From NCBI RefSeq assembly GCF_006345805.1, contig NC_043018.1, forward strand, positions 9,052,001-9,116,000: a DNA stretch of 64,000 bases, given 5' to 3'. This document shows, one piece after another, positions 1 to 12,825 of this stretch (its first letter is position 1; every line of letters begins with the position of its first letter). Origin of the DNA: Octopus sinensis (taxonomy: Eukaryota). The notes under the pieces were generated by a model that was not told where the DNA came from, made no database searches, and saw nothing but the letters and a program-made list of their open reading frames with translations. Position numbers and translations under genes: made by a program.

Positions 1-589
1 TGGGAATTGAAACCACGATCCTCCGACCGTTAGTCCGCTGCCCTAACCACTGGGCCATTGCACCTCCACAATTAAACCAGCTACCGTATTTTAATGTGTA
101 TAAGGAACCCTTTTTTGTCAAAAATTAGGTTAAAAAGATATGGGAGTTTCTTATACAAAGATAATATTATAATTCTTTACAAAACCTTTTTTCCAAATTT
201 TAAGCCCCCAAAATTAGGGGGTTCCTTATATACATTAAAATATGGTGTATCCAACCCAAATAGTCTACCTGTTTTATGTTCAAACTGTCAGAACCTGGCC
301 TCTTATGCCAACCCCACAATGTTATTCTAAAAATAAACAAGCACATCATCAAAATCTCAAAAGCCACAAGATAATGCCTGATTAATTCAAAACAATGTGA
401 ATAAATAAGCATTACATTGGATAGAGTTAATCTGAATGCTAAAGGATTAAAGCCTTCCATCAAAATTTCATTTTAATTTAGATACCCAAAACCAGTTTAA
501 TAATGACAAAGTTATTTTAGAGATTTTGGCTGCTATTTTTATTATAGCCTCCTCACTGACTCACTTAAAGCCATGATGGGCAATTACAC

Positions 590-810
590 TTCCTATCACA
601 TCATTAATGGCCTCAGCTCCTCAGATCTGACTGGTCACATAGTAACTACTCCACCCCAACACCCAATCCCACACTGACCACTGTGCTCTGTCCTTTCTCT
701 GTATTACATCATCCATCTGGAATCTTTTCTCTGTTCATGTCTTTCTTGCAGGTGCTGACTTGCAACAATTTAAACACAACATTAACAGCATCAACCCCAC
801 TAGTCATGCA
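590..810 (+). mobile_element. CR1/L2/Jockey-type LINE 3' ORF relic
   Basis: Translates to TSSIWNLFSVHVFLAGADLQQFKHNINSINP, a typical C-terminal WNxLP...FK motif. Confidence 0.5.
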
Positions 811-1328
811 GGGCCTACAAAGGTCATGGACACTGCTACTTCCTTCAGACTTCTTCATCCTTTTCTTTTTTCATGATTTCCATGCTGTCATGGGTTGAAC
901 GTTTTAACACGACCCAACAAATCAGAGGACCACATGTCTTAATCTAGTGTTTCTGTTTAGGCACAGTTTCTATGGCTGGGTGCCCTTCCTGACACCAACC
1001 ACTTTATAGAGTGTGCTGGAGACTTTTTTCAGGGCACCAGCACTAGTGAGGTTGCCTTGTAATTTGCAAACCTATTGAGCCCCTTTGCCTGAGAGGGAGA
1101 ACAGAAGATAGTGCGATCACTTTAAGTGAGGTGTTGATGATGAGAGGGGCAAGACAGATTTATTGTTAGGAGGAAGGAACCAATACATCTTTGGTAAATT
1201 CCTTGCCATGCTTTTAAGCGGCAAAGTAATTACATTGTTAAATATTATTTCAAGTTTGTATTCATTGAATAAACACATCACATTTTATTAACAATCAATA
1301 AATGTCAAACATCTAAGCCATAACTTAC

Positions 1329-1655
1329 CAATTCTTCAATTTCCATTTTCGCAATATTCCGCACTGCTACATTGGTTTTCAGTTCACCTAGGTTTTGCAA
1401 TTTTTCAGCCAAATTCAAAGCAACGTTTACGGTAGGAGTACGACTTTCAACAGAGCGATTTACATACAGAGCAGACTCTGAAAGGAACCGAACAGGCTGA
1501 AGTCCACAATACCAAAATTTTCTGACATCATCACTATGCTGTGGACTGGAACCACCCAACGGCTTGTTCCTTGGTGATAATGCTGTGCAGTGGTAAAGAA
1601 TTCTTGACTTCTGATTCAGTAGAAGTTTTTGAGTTGAAAGTCTGATTGCTGCCAT
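1329..1655 (-). CDS. First coding exon of a mitochondrial-targeted protein, probably seryl-tRNA synthetase family (SLIMP-like or SARS2-like); gene continues left of the window
   Basis: ATG at 1655 with an in-frame stop upstream (1713-1715). N-terminus is R/K/L/S-rich and almost acid-free, like a presequence. The reading frame meets a consensus donor TTG|GTAAGT at 1329/1328 (phase 0). Candidate acceptors at 1801 (ttttatttccttattttacag) or 1671. Motif SALYV...L-N-L...L..N...R resembles the insect SLIMP N-terminus as I recall it (not searched). Confidence 0.55.
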
Positions 1656-1826
1656 TTCATAAGAGAAAGTGCTATTGGTATCAAAATAATGAAAGATGAC
1701 AATATTTGTTCTCTACTAACTAGGATCACGGTTAGGGATTGTATTCATCCAGGAGGTAAAAACAGATAATCAGCTTGTAATTCCCTTGAGAAGACTTCAT
1801 ACTGTAAAATAAGGAAATAAAAGTGT

Positions 1827-2055
1827 TTAACCCTTTAGCATTCAAACTGGCCATATCCGGCCAAATTATTTTACTTGTTTAATGTTCAAATTGACCAGAT
1901 CAGGCCTCTCACACTTACCCTACAATGTCATTTTAAAAACAAACAATCACATCATCAAAATCTGAAAACTACAAGATAATTCTTTGATAAATTCAAAATA
2001 CTGTGAATAAATAATCATTGGAATTGACAGAATAATCTGAATGCTAAATAGTTAA
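1827..2055. mobile_element. piggyBac-like MITE (TTAA + CCCTTTAGCATTCA TIR); partial relative at about 270-450
   Basis: TTAACCCTTTAGCATTCA at 1827-1844 and TGAATGCTAAATAGTTAA at 2038-2055. Confidence 0.7.
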
Positions 2056-2253
2056 AAAAAAATTTTAATTTTTTTTTTGTTTTTTTAGGTTTTAAAATTA
2101 GTTTCTTTCTTTCTTGTTACTCTTGGGCTCTCAACCCATCAATGAGTTTCAGGTCTTTCTAACAAATACGGGTACATCACCAATTTTCTGGAACCCTTGG
2201 TTCCAGACTTATAATGGATTATCCATTTGGACAAATAATAATAATTCATTATA

Positions 2254-2430
2254 GGCGTAGGAGTGGCTGCATGGTAAGTAGCTTGCTTACAAACCACATG
2301 GTTCCAGGTTCAGTCCCACTGCGTGGCGCCTTGGGCAAGTGTCTTCTACTATAGCCTCGAGCTGACCAAAGCCGTGTGAGTGGATTTGGTAGATGGAAAC
2401 TGAAAGAAGTCTGTCATATATATGTATGTA

Positions 2431-2477
<47 letters not shown>

Positions 2478-2670
2478 ATATGTTTGTTCCCCCAACATCG
2501 CTTGACAACCAATGCTGGTGTTTACATCCCTGTAACTTAGCGGTTCAGCAAAAGAGACCAATAGAATAAGTACTAGGCTTACAAAAAATAAGGCCTGGGG
2601 TCGATTTGCTCGACTAAAGGCGGTGCTCCAGCATGGCCACAACCACACGACTGAAACAAGTAAAAGAGTA
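2254..2670 (+). mobile_element. tRNA-derived CORE-like SINE family A; further full or partial copies at about 19345-19860(-), 30490-30930(+), 31320-31716(-), 34265-34670(-), 35050-35320(+), 36890-37285(+), 45570-45940(-), 55365-55465(+), 55885-56035(-), 56950-57130(+), 57345-57510(+), 58210-58510(-), 63265-63635
   Basis: A/B boxes, CACCTTGGGCAAGTGTCTTCTAC core, internal (TA)/(TG) tract and GTAAAAGAG tail recurring throughout the window. Confidence 0.85.
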
Positions 2671-2891
2671 ACAGTCTCAGATTAAGAATGCTTTGTTGGG
2701 TGCATAAAATCCAAACTCCCTGCACGTATGATACTTTCAGTCAGAAATATTTTCGTAAAACTGTCGTAGGTAGACTTACTACATTTTGGAAAAGTGTTAA
2801 ACCATTGTACAACAAGTCTATATTTAAAAGATGAGGAATTATGTACATTATTTACAATTGACGGATATTTGTCCTCATCTTGTTTGTTGTT

Positions 2892-2938
2892 AACACAGCG
2901 TTTCGGCTGATATACCCTCCAGCCTTCATCAGGTGTCT
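2892..2938 (-). ncRNA. Hammerhead ribozyme motif, U16.1->C variant (likely inactive copy)
   Basis: AGACAC-CUGAUGA-A-GGCUG(GAGGGUAUAU)CAGCC-GAAAC-GCU-GUGUU: 5-bp stem II, stem I GACAC/GUGUU; the triplet reads GCU rather than GUU. Confidence 0.7.
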
Positions 2939-2988
2939 GGGGGAAATTTCGAACCCCGAGTTCTCATTCCTAAGGTATTTTTTCGATG

Positions 2989-3022
<34 letters not shown>

Positions 3023-3307
3023 CATCATTATTATTATTATTATTCAGGTCACTGCTTGGAATTGAACTCAGAATCTTGGGGTTAGTAGTCTGCGCTCTTA
3101 ATCACTACACCATATGCCAGTGGGCATATGGCATAGTGGTTAAGAGCATGGGCTATTAACCTCAAGATTCTGAGTTCAATTCCAGGCAGTGACCTTAATA
3201 AATAATAATAATAATAATAATATCGAAAAATACTTTAGGAATGAGAACCCAGGTTCGAAATTTTCCCCAGACACCTGATGAATGCTAGGGGGTATATCAG
3301 CCAAAAC
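2900..3307. mobile_element. Head-to-head inverted dimer of a tRNA-headed, hammerhead-bearing repeat
   Basis: Arms about 2900-3118 and 3123-3307 around the loop AGTG. Each arm has an A box (TGGCATAGTGG 3129-3139), B box (GAGTTCAATTCC about 3172-3183), an (AAT)n tract and a CTGATGA...stem II...GAAAC/AAAAC motif. Confidence 0.7.
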
Positions 3308-4050
3308 TACAATTTGAAAATTTTCATATCATGGCATCTGAAGCAGCTGAAGATAGCTTGACCAAAAGAATCACCTATTGTAAGCAAAATTAAATATTGA
3401 AAAAAAAATGCATTTGTCCAAATTTGGACATTTGACAGTTTAACATAATAGCAATGATATATATATATATATTTCTTTATTGGCCACGCAGGGCTGAACA
3501 CAGAAAGGACAAAATACAAAGTAGAGCTTTTCTTTTGGGGAAGAAGAAGAAAAAAAAGAAAGAAAAAGTTGGACCCAGTCAATAGGGTTTGTGTGATACA
3601 CGAACCCTATTGATCGCCCCCACCACCACTTTTTTCTGTCTCTTTCACTTTCACACCGACTTCAAAAGACAACCCTTTCCCCCCAACCCCATATTAAAAA
3701 AATTAAATTTTTTTATAGAAACTACCGATCATTTTAAAAAATGTAAATTAACACACATGGTTTATAAGTGGTTTGTAACTGACAGTCGTGTGTTCCCATA
3801 TCGAAAGATAGCCCAATGTTTTAATGATTAGACAGAGGTCCAATAGAATAGCTCTCAGAAACAGACTACGTACAAATTCGTTTTTCACAACTCCTGAAGC
3901 TGTTTTCTGACAAGTTGGGGGGGGGGGCAGCAAATTCTGATACAGCTGGAGGCTCCTATTGAAACAGGGGACCCAAAATGATAAGGTTGAGATACGCTGT
4001 TATAGATTATGCCTAACCGAAAATGATCGCAGCCACATCATTTAAACAGA

Positions 4051-4078
4051 CCGGGTGAAACCTGGCTTAGCTGCTAGT
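4051..4078 (+). mobile_element. Helitron-type 3' terminus
   Basis: Hairpin CCGGGTGAAACCTGG, then CTAG|T at 4074-4078. Confidence 0.55.
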
Positions 4079-4101
4079 ATATATATATATATGTGTATGT
4101 G

Positions 4102-4132
<31 letters not shown>

Positions 4133-4438
4133 TATGTATATATTATATATATATATGTATAGATATATATGTGTATATATATACTATATGTATATATTAT
4201 TATAAATATGTATATATATATATATAATATTGTATATATATATGTAATATATATATAATGTATATAATATATATATATGTATATTATATATATATATATG
4301 TATATATATATGTATATATATATTATGTATATAATATATATATGTATGTATATGTATGTATATGTATGTATATTATATATATATTTTATATATATGTATA
4401 TATATATATAATGTATATATATATATGTATATATATGT

Positions 4439-4471
<33 letters not shown>

Positions 4472-5017
4472 GTATATATATGTATATATAATATAATGTA
4501 TATATTGTATATATATATGTATATATATGTATATATATGTATATATATTATGTATATATCTGTATAATATATATATGTATATATATATATTGTATATTAT
4601 AATAATGTATATATATGTTATAATATGATATATGTATATATATATATGTATATATATATGTATATATATGTATAATATATAATGTATATATATGTTATAT
4701 ATATATATAATATGTATGAATATAATTCTATATATATGTATATATATGTATATATATATATATGTATATGTATATATTATATATATGTATATTATATATA
4801 TATATATATAGTATATATATGTATATATATATGTATATATATGTATATATATATTATATATATGTATATATATGTATAAATATATGTATATTATATGTAT
4901 ATATATGTATAGTATATATATGTATATAATATGTTATATATATGTATAATATATATATGTATATATATGTATATGTATATATTGTATATATATGGTATAT
5001 ATAATATATGTATATAT

Positions 5018-5074
<57 letters not shown>

Positions 5075-5102
5075 GTATATATTATGTAATATCTATATAA
5101 TG

Positions 5103-5134
<32 letters not shown>

Positions 5135-5238
5135 TATATCATTGTATAATGTTATATATATGTATTATATATATATGTATACTATAATATATAGATATAT
5201 ATATATATATTATATATACTGTATATGTATATATATAT

Positions 5239-5295
<57 letters not shown>

Positions 5296-5453
5296 ATATA
5301 TAATATATATATATATGTATATATAGTATAAATATATATATATGTATATATATATATGTATATATATTATAAGTATATATATATATTATATATATGTATA
5401 TATGTCTATATATTATATATGTATATATATGTATCTATATATATATATATATA

Positions 5454-5508
<55 letters not shown>

Positions 5509-5609
5509 TCGGTGTGCAACATGTCTCTACTCCACCCACGCAACCACCACCACTGCATTCATTTCCTGGAAATAGTTTCCACCAGTAAATTTTAGTTGAC
5601 TTATATATA

Positions 5610-5668
<59 letters not shown>

Positions 5669-5808
5669 CATACATACATACATACATACATACATACATA
5701 CATACATACACAAGAATTGAATAAAATGCATGTTCCTGATTAGCATTTAATAAATAACCAAATATATGTGTGTAACTATGTAGACAGATATGTGTGTGTA
5801 TATATATA

Positions 5809-5896
<88 letters not shown>

Positions 5897-6017
5897 CATA
5901 TATATACATACATATATAATACATATATATATGTGTTGTGTGTGTTGTGTGTGTATATAATATATATACATATACATATATACATATAATACATACATAT
6001 ATATACCTACATATATA

Positions 6018-6055
<38 letters not shown>

Positions 6056-6154
6056 CATATATATACATACATATATATTGTGTGTGTGTGTTATATATAT
6101 ATATATATATACATCTATATATACATACATATATACATACATATATATGTGTGT

Positions 6155-6197
<43 letters not shown>

Positions 6198-6226
6198 ACA
6201 TATATACATATATATACATACATATA

Positions 6227-6257
<31 letters not shown>

Positions 6258-6351
6258 TATAACATATATATACATACATATATGTGTGTGTATATATATA
6301 TACATATATACTATATATATATACATATATACATATATATACATACATATA

Positions 6352-6382
<31 letters not shown>

Positions 6383-6752
6383 TAATATACTGTGTGTGTG
6401 GTGTAATATATATATATATTATATATAAATATATATATATATATGTTGTGTATATATATATATATATATATATAAAAAAATTATATATATATATATATAT
6501 AATATATATATATATAAATATATATATATTATATATAAATATATATATTCTATATATATATATATAATATATATATATATATAGAAATATATATATATAT
6601 AATATATATATATACAAATTATATCATCATCATCATCATTTAGCGTCCGTTTTCCATGCTAGCATGGGTGGACGGTTCTACTGGGTCTGTGAGCCAGAAG
6701 GCTTCATCAGGCCAGTCAAATCTGGCAGTGTTTCTACGGCTGGATATATATA

Positions 6753-6789
<37 letters not shown>

Positions 6790-6859
6790 TATATAATATA
6801 TATATAAAATATATATATATATATAAAAATATATATATATATATAAAAATATATCTATA

Positions 6860-6927
<68 letters not shown>

Positions 6928-6965
6928 ATATTTATGTATATATGTATGTATGTAATTAAGTATAT
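4076..6965. repeat. About 2.9-kb degenerate (TA)n/(TG)n/(CA)n microsatellite complex with short unique islands
   Basis: Directly visible; source of the Y/I/C/V-only ORFs. Confidence 0.95.
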
Positions 6966-7689
6966 ACATATGGATGCAGTTGTATATATTTTTGTCCTGT
7001 ATATGTAAACAATCAATTAGTGTTTCCAGAAAATAGTCAGTGAAAGTATCATAGCAACTACTTGCTTTTGATAATGTTTACGAGAGAGGGAGGAGGCAAA
7101 GAGAAAGATGGAGAGAAAGAGGAAGAGTGAGAGAGATGAGGATGAGAGAGAGAGGGGTGAGAAAAGTAGAGGCAGAGACAAATGAAGGAGGAAAGAGATC
7201 GAGAGATTGTTACATAGGTCGTGGCAGAATAAACATGTTACTTTATTTTTGTTAAATTGTTATGAATTGTTACCAAGACAACTGAAATATTTATTTGCTG
7301 GTGGAATCCGTTTTCAAGGAAATGAATGCAGTGGTGGTGGTGGTGGTGGTTGCGTGGGGGGTGGAGCAGAGACGTGTTGCACACTGAACTTTACACACAG
7401 ATATAGACCTCGTTAAGACCTGATAGACTAAAATCAAGAGTAAGAAGGAAGAGAAGGGGACAGTAACTGAGATAATTAAGAAGTTAGATGGTTTTGAGGT
7501 TTCTGGGTTTTATCTTTACATTAACCAGCCCCACTCATCCAGTCATTTGTCCATGCTGGTGTAGACAAGAGCAACAACAACACCACAGTTGCCATCACCA
7601 CCACCACCATGACCACCACCTGTAAAAAAATTTCTTAGGTCAGCCCTGATCTAATAAATGTATGATCCGAAAAGCTCTATCTACGACGA

Positions 7690-7895
7690 TCTCATCTCAA
7701 TCAAAGGAGAGGGGCTTTCTCCATCCAGGTTACGGATCCGTGGAATAAGCTGCCGGACGAGATAGTGAAGATGCCGACGATCGCTCGGTTCAAAGTCTCT
7801 CTTGACCAGAATTGGCCTGAACTCTTTGTATGACTACCCTCTCTGTACATAACTCCATGTGTTGGGTACTGTCCAAATCTCTGACCAGTCACATA
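7690..7895 (+). mobile_element. CR1 LINE 3' end
   Basis: RRGAFSIQVTDPWNKLPDEIVKMPTIARFKVSLDQNWPELFV*, the classic CR1 C-terminus. Confidence 0.75.
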
Positions 7896-7898
7896 CAG

Positions 7899-8150
7899 CT
7901 AGCTGGCATTCAATTGGCGTATCAAGTTTCAGGCATTTTGATTGGGTTTGGGATAGAAAATTCACAAAAAAGTCACTTCTATTGATTTTTTAATGGCTTT
8001 GCAGGGTGACTGGGGAAATGTAAAGATGTGCATGACCACCCTTGGACGGTTTTGAATGATCATAGAAAGTGTGAGCTCTCTAACTGAAAAATTGTGGATT
8101 TGTATAAAGGACACACACACAGACATTTTGCCGTTTATATAGAGAGAGAT
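7899..8150 (-). mobile_element. Helitron-like non-autonomous repeat; second copy at 32534-32776(-)
   Basis: Two similar about 240-bp copies starting A|TCTCTCTATATATAAACGGC on the minus strand. Confidence 0.45.
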
Positions 8151-8448
8151 TAGATGGTATCTATGGAGATTGATCAATTGGATTTTACTGGTATTTAATA
8201 AAGGAGCACTGAGGCTAAAGAATATGTTAACTATATACTAATTTAATTAAATTGAATTATTTTGAGTGGTGGAGATACCAGTATTGTCTTATATAAGCTA
8301 AGTATGAATTATTAGGGGTACAAAAATTAGATTATTATTATAAAATAATAAAATATTTTATAATAGCCTTTAATAAATCTAATTTTTGTGTATAATATAC
8401 ACACACACACACACACATATTTACACACACATATATATACACACACAC

Positions 8449-8487
<39 letters not shown>

Positions 8488-8779
8488 TATTAAAAGTGAA
8501 ATAATAAAAGTGAAACAATATAAAAGTGAAACTATAACTTTGTCAAAGGTTTCACTTTTACATATATATACACTTTTATATATATGCACACACAGATGTA
8601 TATATATATATATACATACATATGTCGTTGAATGCTCGAAATGAGGAGTAGATAGACAGTTGACAACTGATGACTTGTCCTGTTTTCCATTTTTTCTTGT
8701 TGTTTATGCATTTCATGTTGTTTGCATCGTTGATGATGTGCTGTACCCAAAGGAAAGTGATTGCGTTACTCATAGCCTC

Positions 8780-9270
8780 TCCTCTCCAGGTGTAATGATC
8801 GCTGCAGAACTTCTACTTGGCTGCGCCTTGCAGAAAGTTCTTGCTAATGGCCTCTTCTGCACTACTGTGTCCACAGCAGCACCTTCATGCGGTACCCCCT
8901 GTTCTCACTGAACCTGCTGTGTGGCGCGACCGGGTGCTTGACGGTATAACCAGGTGGGCAGACTGGGCTCGTTAGCCTTGGTTGGCAACCGGTCTAGGAG
9001 AAGTAAAACTCTGACTCCAAACCCTCGCTCCGCTGCCTTGCGGATGCTCTTGGGAGAGGGAAAGGCTATGGGAGTAAACCCAGACAGAAAATCCGGAGTG
9101 GAGCCCCGAAGGCGGTAGGGTGTCGAATCTCGACCCCTTTCCGGCAACTCCTGCAGCCAACCAGACTCCAAACGTACTGTACTGCATTCCTTTGGATTAT
9201 GTCTGGGGGGCCGAGAGGGAGATTCTGGTGTCTGGGCAGCCCAGTGTCTTCGTTTCTACCACCCAGGCTT
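8780..9270 (+). mobile_element. Probable RTE-clade LINE 5' UTR relic (similar role for about 18110-18480)
   Basis: GC-richer block with GGCAACCGGTCTAGGAGAAG..AAACTCTGA motif; no ORF. Family assignment is from recall. Confidence 0.35.
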
Positions 9271-9929
9271 GCGCCATGGAGAAACTACTCCATCGATGGA
9301 TATATATATATATATATATATTTTCACACACACAATATATATTATTTAATTAAACGTCGCTACACATCCATTTCCAAGTAAGTTTATCTTCACCTTTTCG
9401 ATGCAACTCTCTTCTCTATAGTTTTCTTCCCCCATCCTTCTTTAATTCCCTTTTCCTCCTCCTCCCTCCCTCATCATTTTCTATCTGTTTCTCTCTCTCC
9501 CACTTTCTCTTTTTTTTTCTCTCTCTCTCTCTCATTGCTCATACGTGACCATCATCCATCTTTCTTTTCCTGCACAAACATTCAAAAGAGTGGACGTTTT
9601 TTTCTCTCTCTTTTATCTTTTCTCTTTTCAAAAAAATGTTTCTCACAGCATTCACTATTTTCCTCTTGTTTGTTTTCGTTCAGTTTCCTTGTATGTCTCC
9701 ACCGTCATTTTTTTGTTCCCAACTTTGACCTTCCATAAATCCTAAATTTCATTTTAGAATTTATGGGAGCAACTGTCTTTGAAAACTCATATTGTCGTTG
9801 AATGCTCAAAATGAGGAGTAGATGGACAGCCGATAACTGATGAAGGGTCCTTTCTCTGTGTTTACTTGTCCTGTTTTCCATTTTTTTCCTTGTTTACGTA
9901 TTTCATGTTTGCACCATTGGTGACATCTG

Positions 9930-9951
9930 TCCCCATACATATGTATGTGTA

Positions 9952-9992
<41 letters not shown>

Positions 9993-10354
9993 TACATATA
10001 TACATACATACATACATATATATTATACATATATACATACATACATACATACATATATATATATATATACATATATCATACAACATACATACATAATATA
10101 TATATATTACATAATATAACGGGAAGCTTTATGAAAATAAACAAAAGACGAAGGCAGGTGAATACTATATACATACATACATACATACATACATATTATA
10201 TATTATATATATACATATATATATACATACATACATACATACATAATATATATATTATATAATACATATATATATACATACATAATATATATATATATAT
10301 ATATACATAATATATACTACATACAATACATACATACATACATATATATATATA

Positions 10355-10388
<34 letters not shown>

Positions 10389-10397
10389 CATATATAT

Positions 10398-10430
<33 letters not shown>

Positions 10431-10443
10431 TATATATACATAT

Positions 10444-10474
<31 letters not shown>

Positions 10475-10586
10475 CATACATACATACATACATATATACA
10501 TACATACTACATACATACATACATATATACATATATACATACTCCATACATACTATATATATATATATTAATACATATATACATAC

Positions 10587-10619
<33 letters not shown>

Positions 10620-10624
10620 CATAT

Positions 10625-10657
<33 letters not shown>

Positions 10658-10662
10658 CATAT

Positions 10663-10705
<43 letters not shown>

Positions 10706-10864
10706 TACATACATACATACATACATATATATATATATACATATATACATACATACATACATACATATATATATATATACATATATACATACATACATAC
10801 ATACATATATATATATATACATATATACATACATACATACATACATATATATATATATACATAT

Positions 10865-10909
<45 letters not shown>

Positions 10910-10922
10910 CATATATACATAC

Positions 10923-10955
<33 letters not shown>

Positions 10956-10994
10956 CATATATACATACATACATATATATATATATATACATAT

Positions 10995-11027
<33 letters not shown>

Positions 11028-11509
11028 TATATATAATACATACAATATACATACTTACATATATATATATATCTATATATATATACATCTATACATACAT
11101 ACATACTATATATATTATAATATATTATACATATATACATACATACATATATATATAGATTACATATATACATATATACATACATACATATATATAATAT
11201 ATATTACATATATACATACATAACATACATACATACTATATATATATATATACATATAACATACATACATACATACATAATATATACATATATACATACA
11301 TACATACATACATATATATATACATATATACATACATACATACATACATATATATATATACTATATACATACATACATACATACATATACATATATACAT
11401 ACATACATACATACTTACATATTATACATACATACATACATATACATATATACATACATACATACATATACATATATACATACATAACATACATATCATA
11501 TATACATAC

Positions 11510-11560
<51 letters not shown>
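9930..11560. repeat. About 1.6-kb (TACA)n/(TA)n compound microsatellite
   Basis: Directly visible. Confidence 0.95.
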
Positions 11561-11561
<1 letters not shown>

Positions 11562-12479
11562 CAATTTATAGGTGTGTCACATTTGCATAAAATATTTAAA
11601 TTGAATTGAATTTATAATTGTTCAAATGATTGTTTTGTCTTCTATTTCTTATTTATATATATAAATATCATGGAAGACGGATGTTAAATGACAATACAAA
11701 TATACATACATGTATTACATACATAGTGAAACTATTAAAAGTGAAAGAATAAAAGTGAAACTATTAAAAGTGAAACAATATAAAAGTGAAACTATTTCTA
11801 ACTGTTACTCCGTCAAAGGTTTCACTTTTATTCGTCAAGTTTTGAGACGCAATATGGAACCAATGCCAATGTTGCATTGTTTTAATCCAAAACAATTACA
11901 TGTTGACACTCATGGGTTGTCATATGTATTACTATGTAAAATTTGATTTGATTCGGTTGAGCCACTCGAGAATGCCTTGGGAACAATTTGTTCCGTCTCA
12001 AGCCATGCCTGGCTGATAAGGGCTGGTTTCCCAGTTTCCTTGGTGTATAGGTTCCCCACCTATATGGGATGCCGGTCCGTCGCAGGTGAGCAGCAAGATG
12101 CAGGAGGAAAGAGTGAGAGAAAGTTGTGGCAAAAGAGTCAGCAGAAGTTTGCCATTAATTTCTGCTGGAGCCATGTGGAGCTTAGGTGTTTTGCTCATAA
12201 ACACACACATCGCCCGGTCTGAGATTCGAACCCGTGATCACTCAACCGCGAGTCCACTGCTGTAACCACTAGGCCATGTGCCTCCACCCTTGGGAACAGA
12301 CAGAGATACAAAGGACTTTATATATATATATATATATATGATTATGGTTGCATAATGAAATACTGCATCTCTAAAAGTCATTAACATTTCACTAATATAC
12401 ATAACAGTGAAAGCTCTCTTTTCATACTAACTCACCATAATGGCATTACTTTGTCTCCAACAATTCGGTGCGACACCAG

Positions 12480-12825
12480 TGCAAAATCACCTCCCTCCGA
12501 CAAGTCATCCTAACGAGATGTCTGCATTGGCTGGGTCATGCCCTCTGTTGTCGACCAGGAGAATTCATCTATGAGGCAATTGCCCCAGTTCCCCTTCAGG
12601 GTTGATGAAAACGATTTGGTGGACAACGAAAAACCTGGCTGATCTGGAACCCAACAAGGCCCCCATGTCTACGGTGTTCGCCGCTGGAATGAGTGGTTGG
12701 AGATTATGCGGTCGTTAGCCTCAAATTGCCAGGCCTGGTCGGCATTTGTGAGAGATGCATTATTGAGGATGAATGAAGCCATCTCAACCCACCCTGGATG
12801 AATGCTGTCTCAAGACAAGAAGAAC
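12480..12825 (+). mobile_element. RTE-clade LINE 3' relic
   Basis: LHWLGHAL...RFGGQRKTW...VRRWNEWLEI, with stops and frameshifts. Confidence 0.6.

Noticed and set aside
1305-1328. C-terminal VSYGLDV* of the 116-aa ORF
   Set aside because: Lies after a consensus GTAAGT donor; probably intron read-through.
3129-3195. Functional tRNA gene
   Set aside because: A/B boxes are present but the cloverleaf stems are eroded and it is embedded in a repeat; the same applies to the SINE heads.
8790-8900. HDV-like ribozyme in RTE 5' UTR (also tried 18120-18190)
   Set aside because: Could not build P1/P1.1/P2/P3 with correct spacing by eye; a descriptor search would be needed.
9834-9860. CTGATGAAGGG half-motif (also 33025, 59325)
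   Set aside because: No stem II-GAAA-NUH continuation.
4258-11515. Long Y/I/C/V/M-rich ORFs (up to 338 aa)
   Set aside because: Translations of TA/TG/TACA microsatellites; no coding signal.
11723-11835. TAAAAGTGAAAC subrepeats (also 8491-8560) as ribozyme parts
   Set aside because: No valid core or stem I; an ordinary dispersed repeat.
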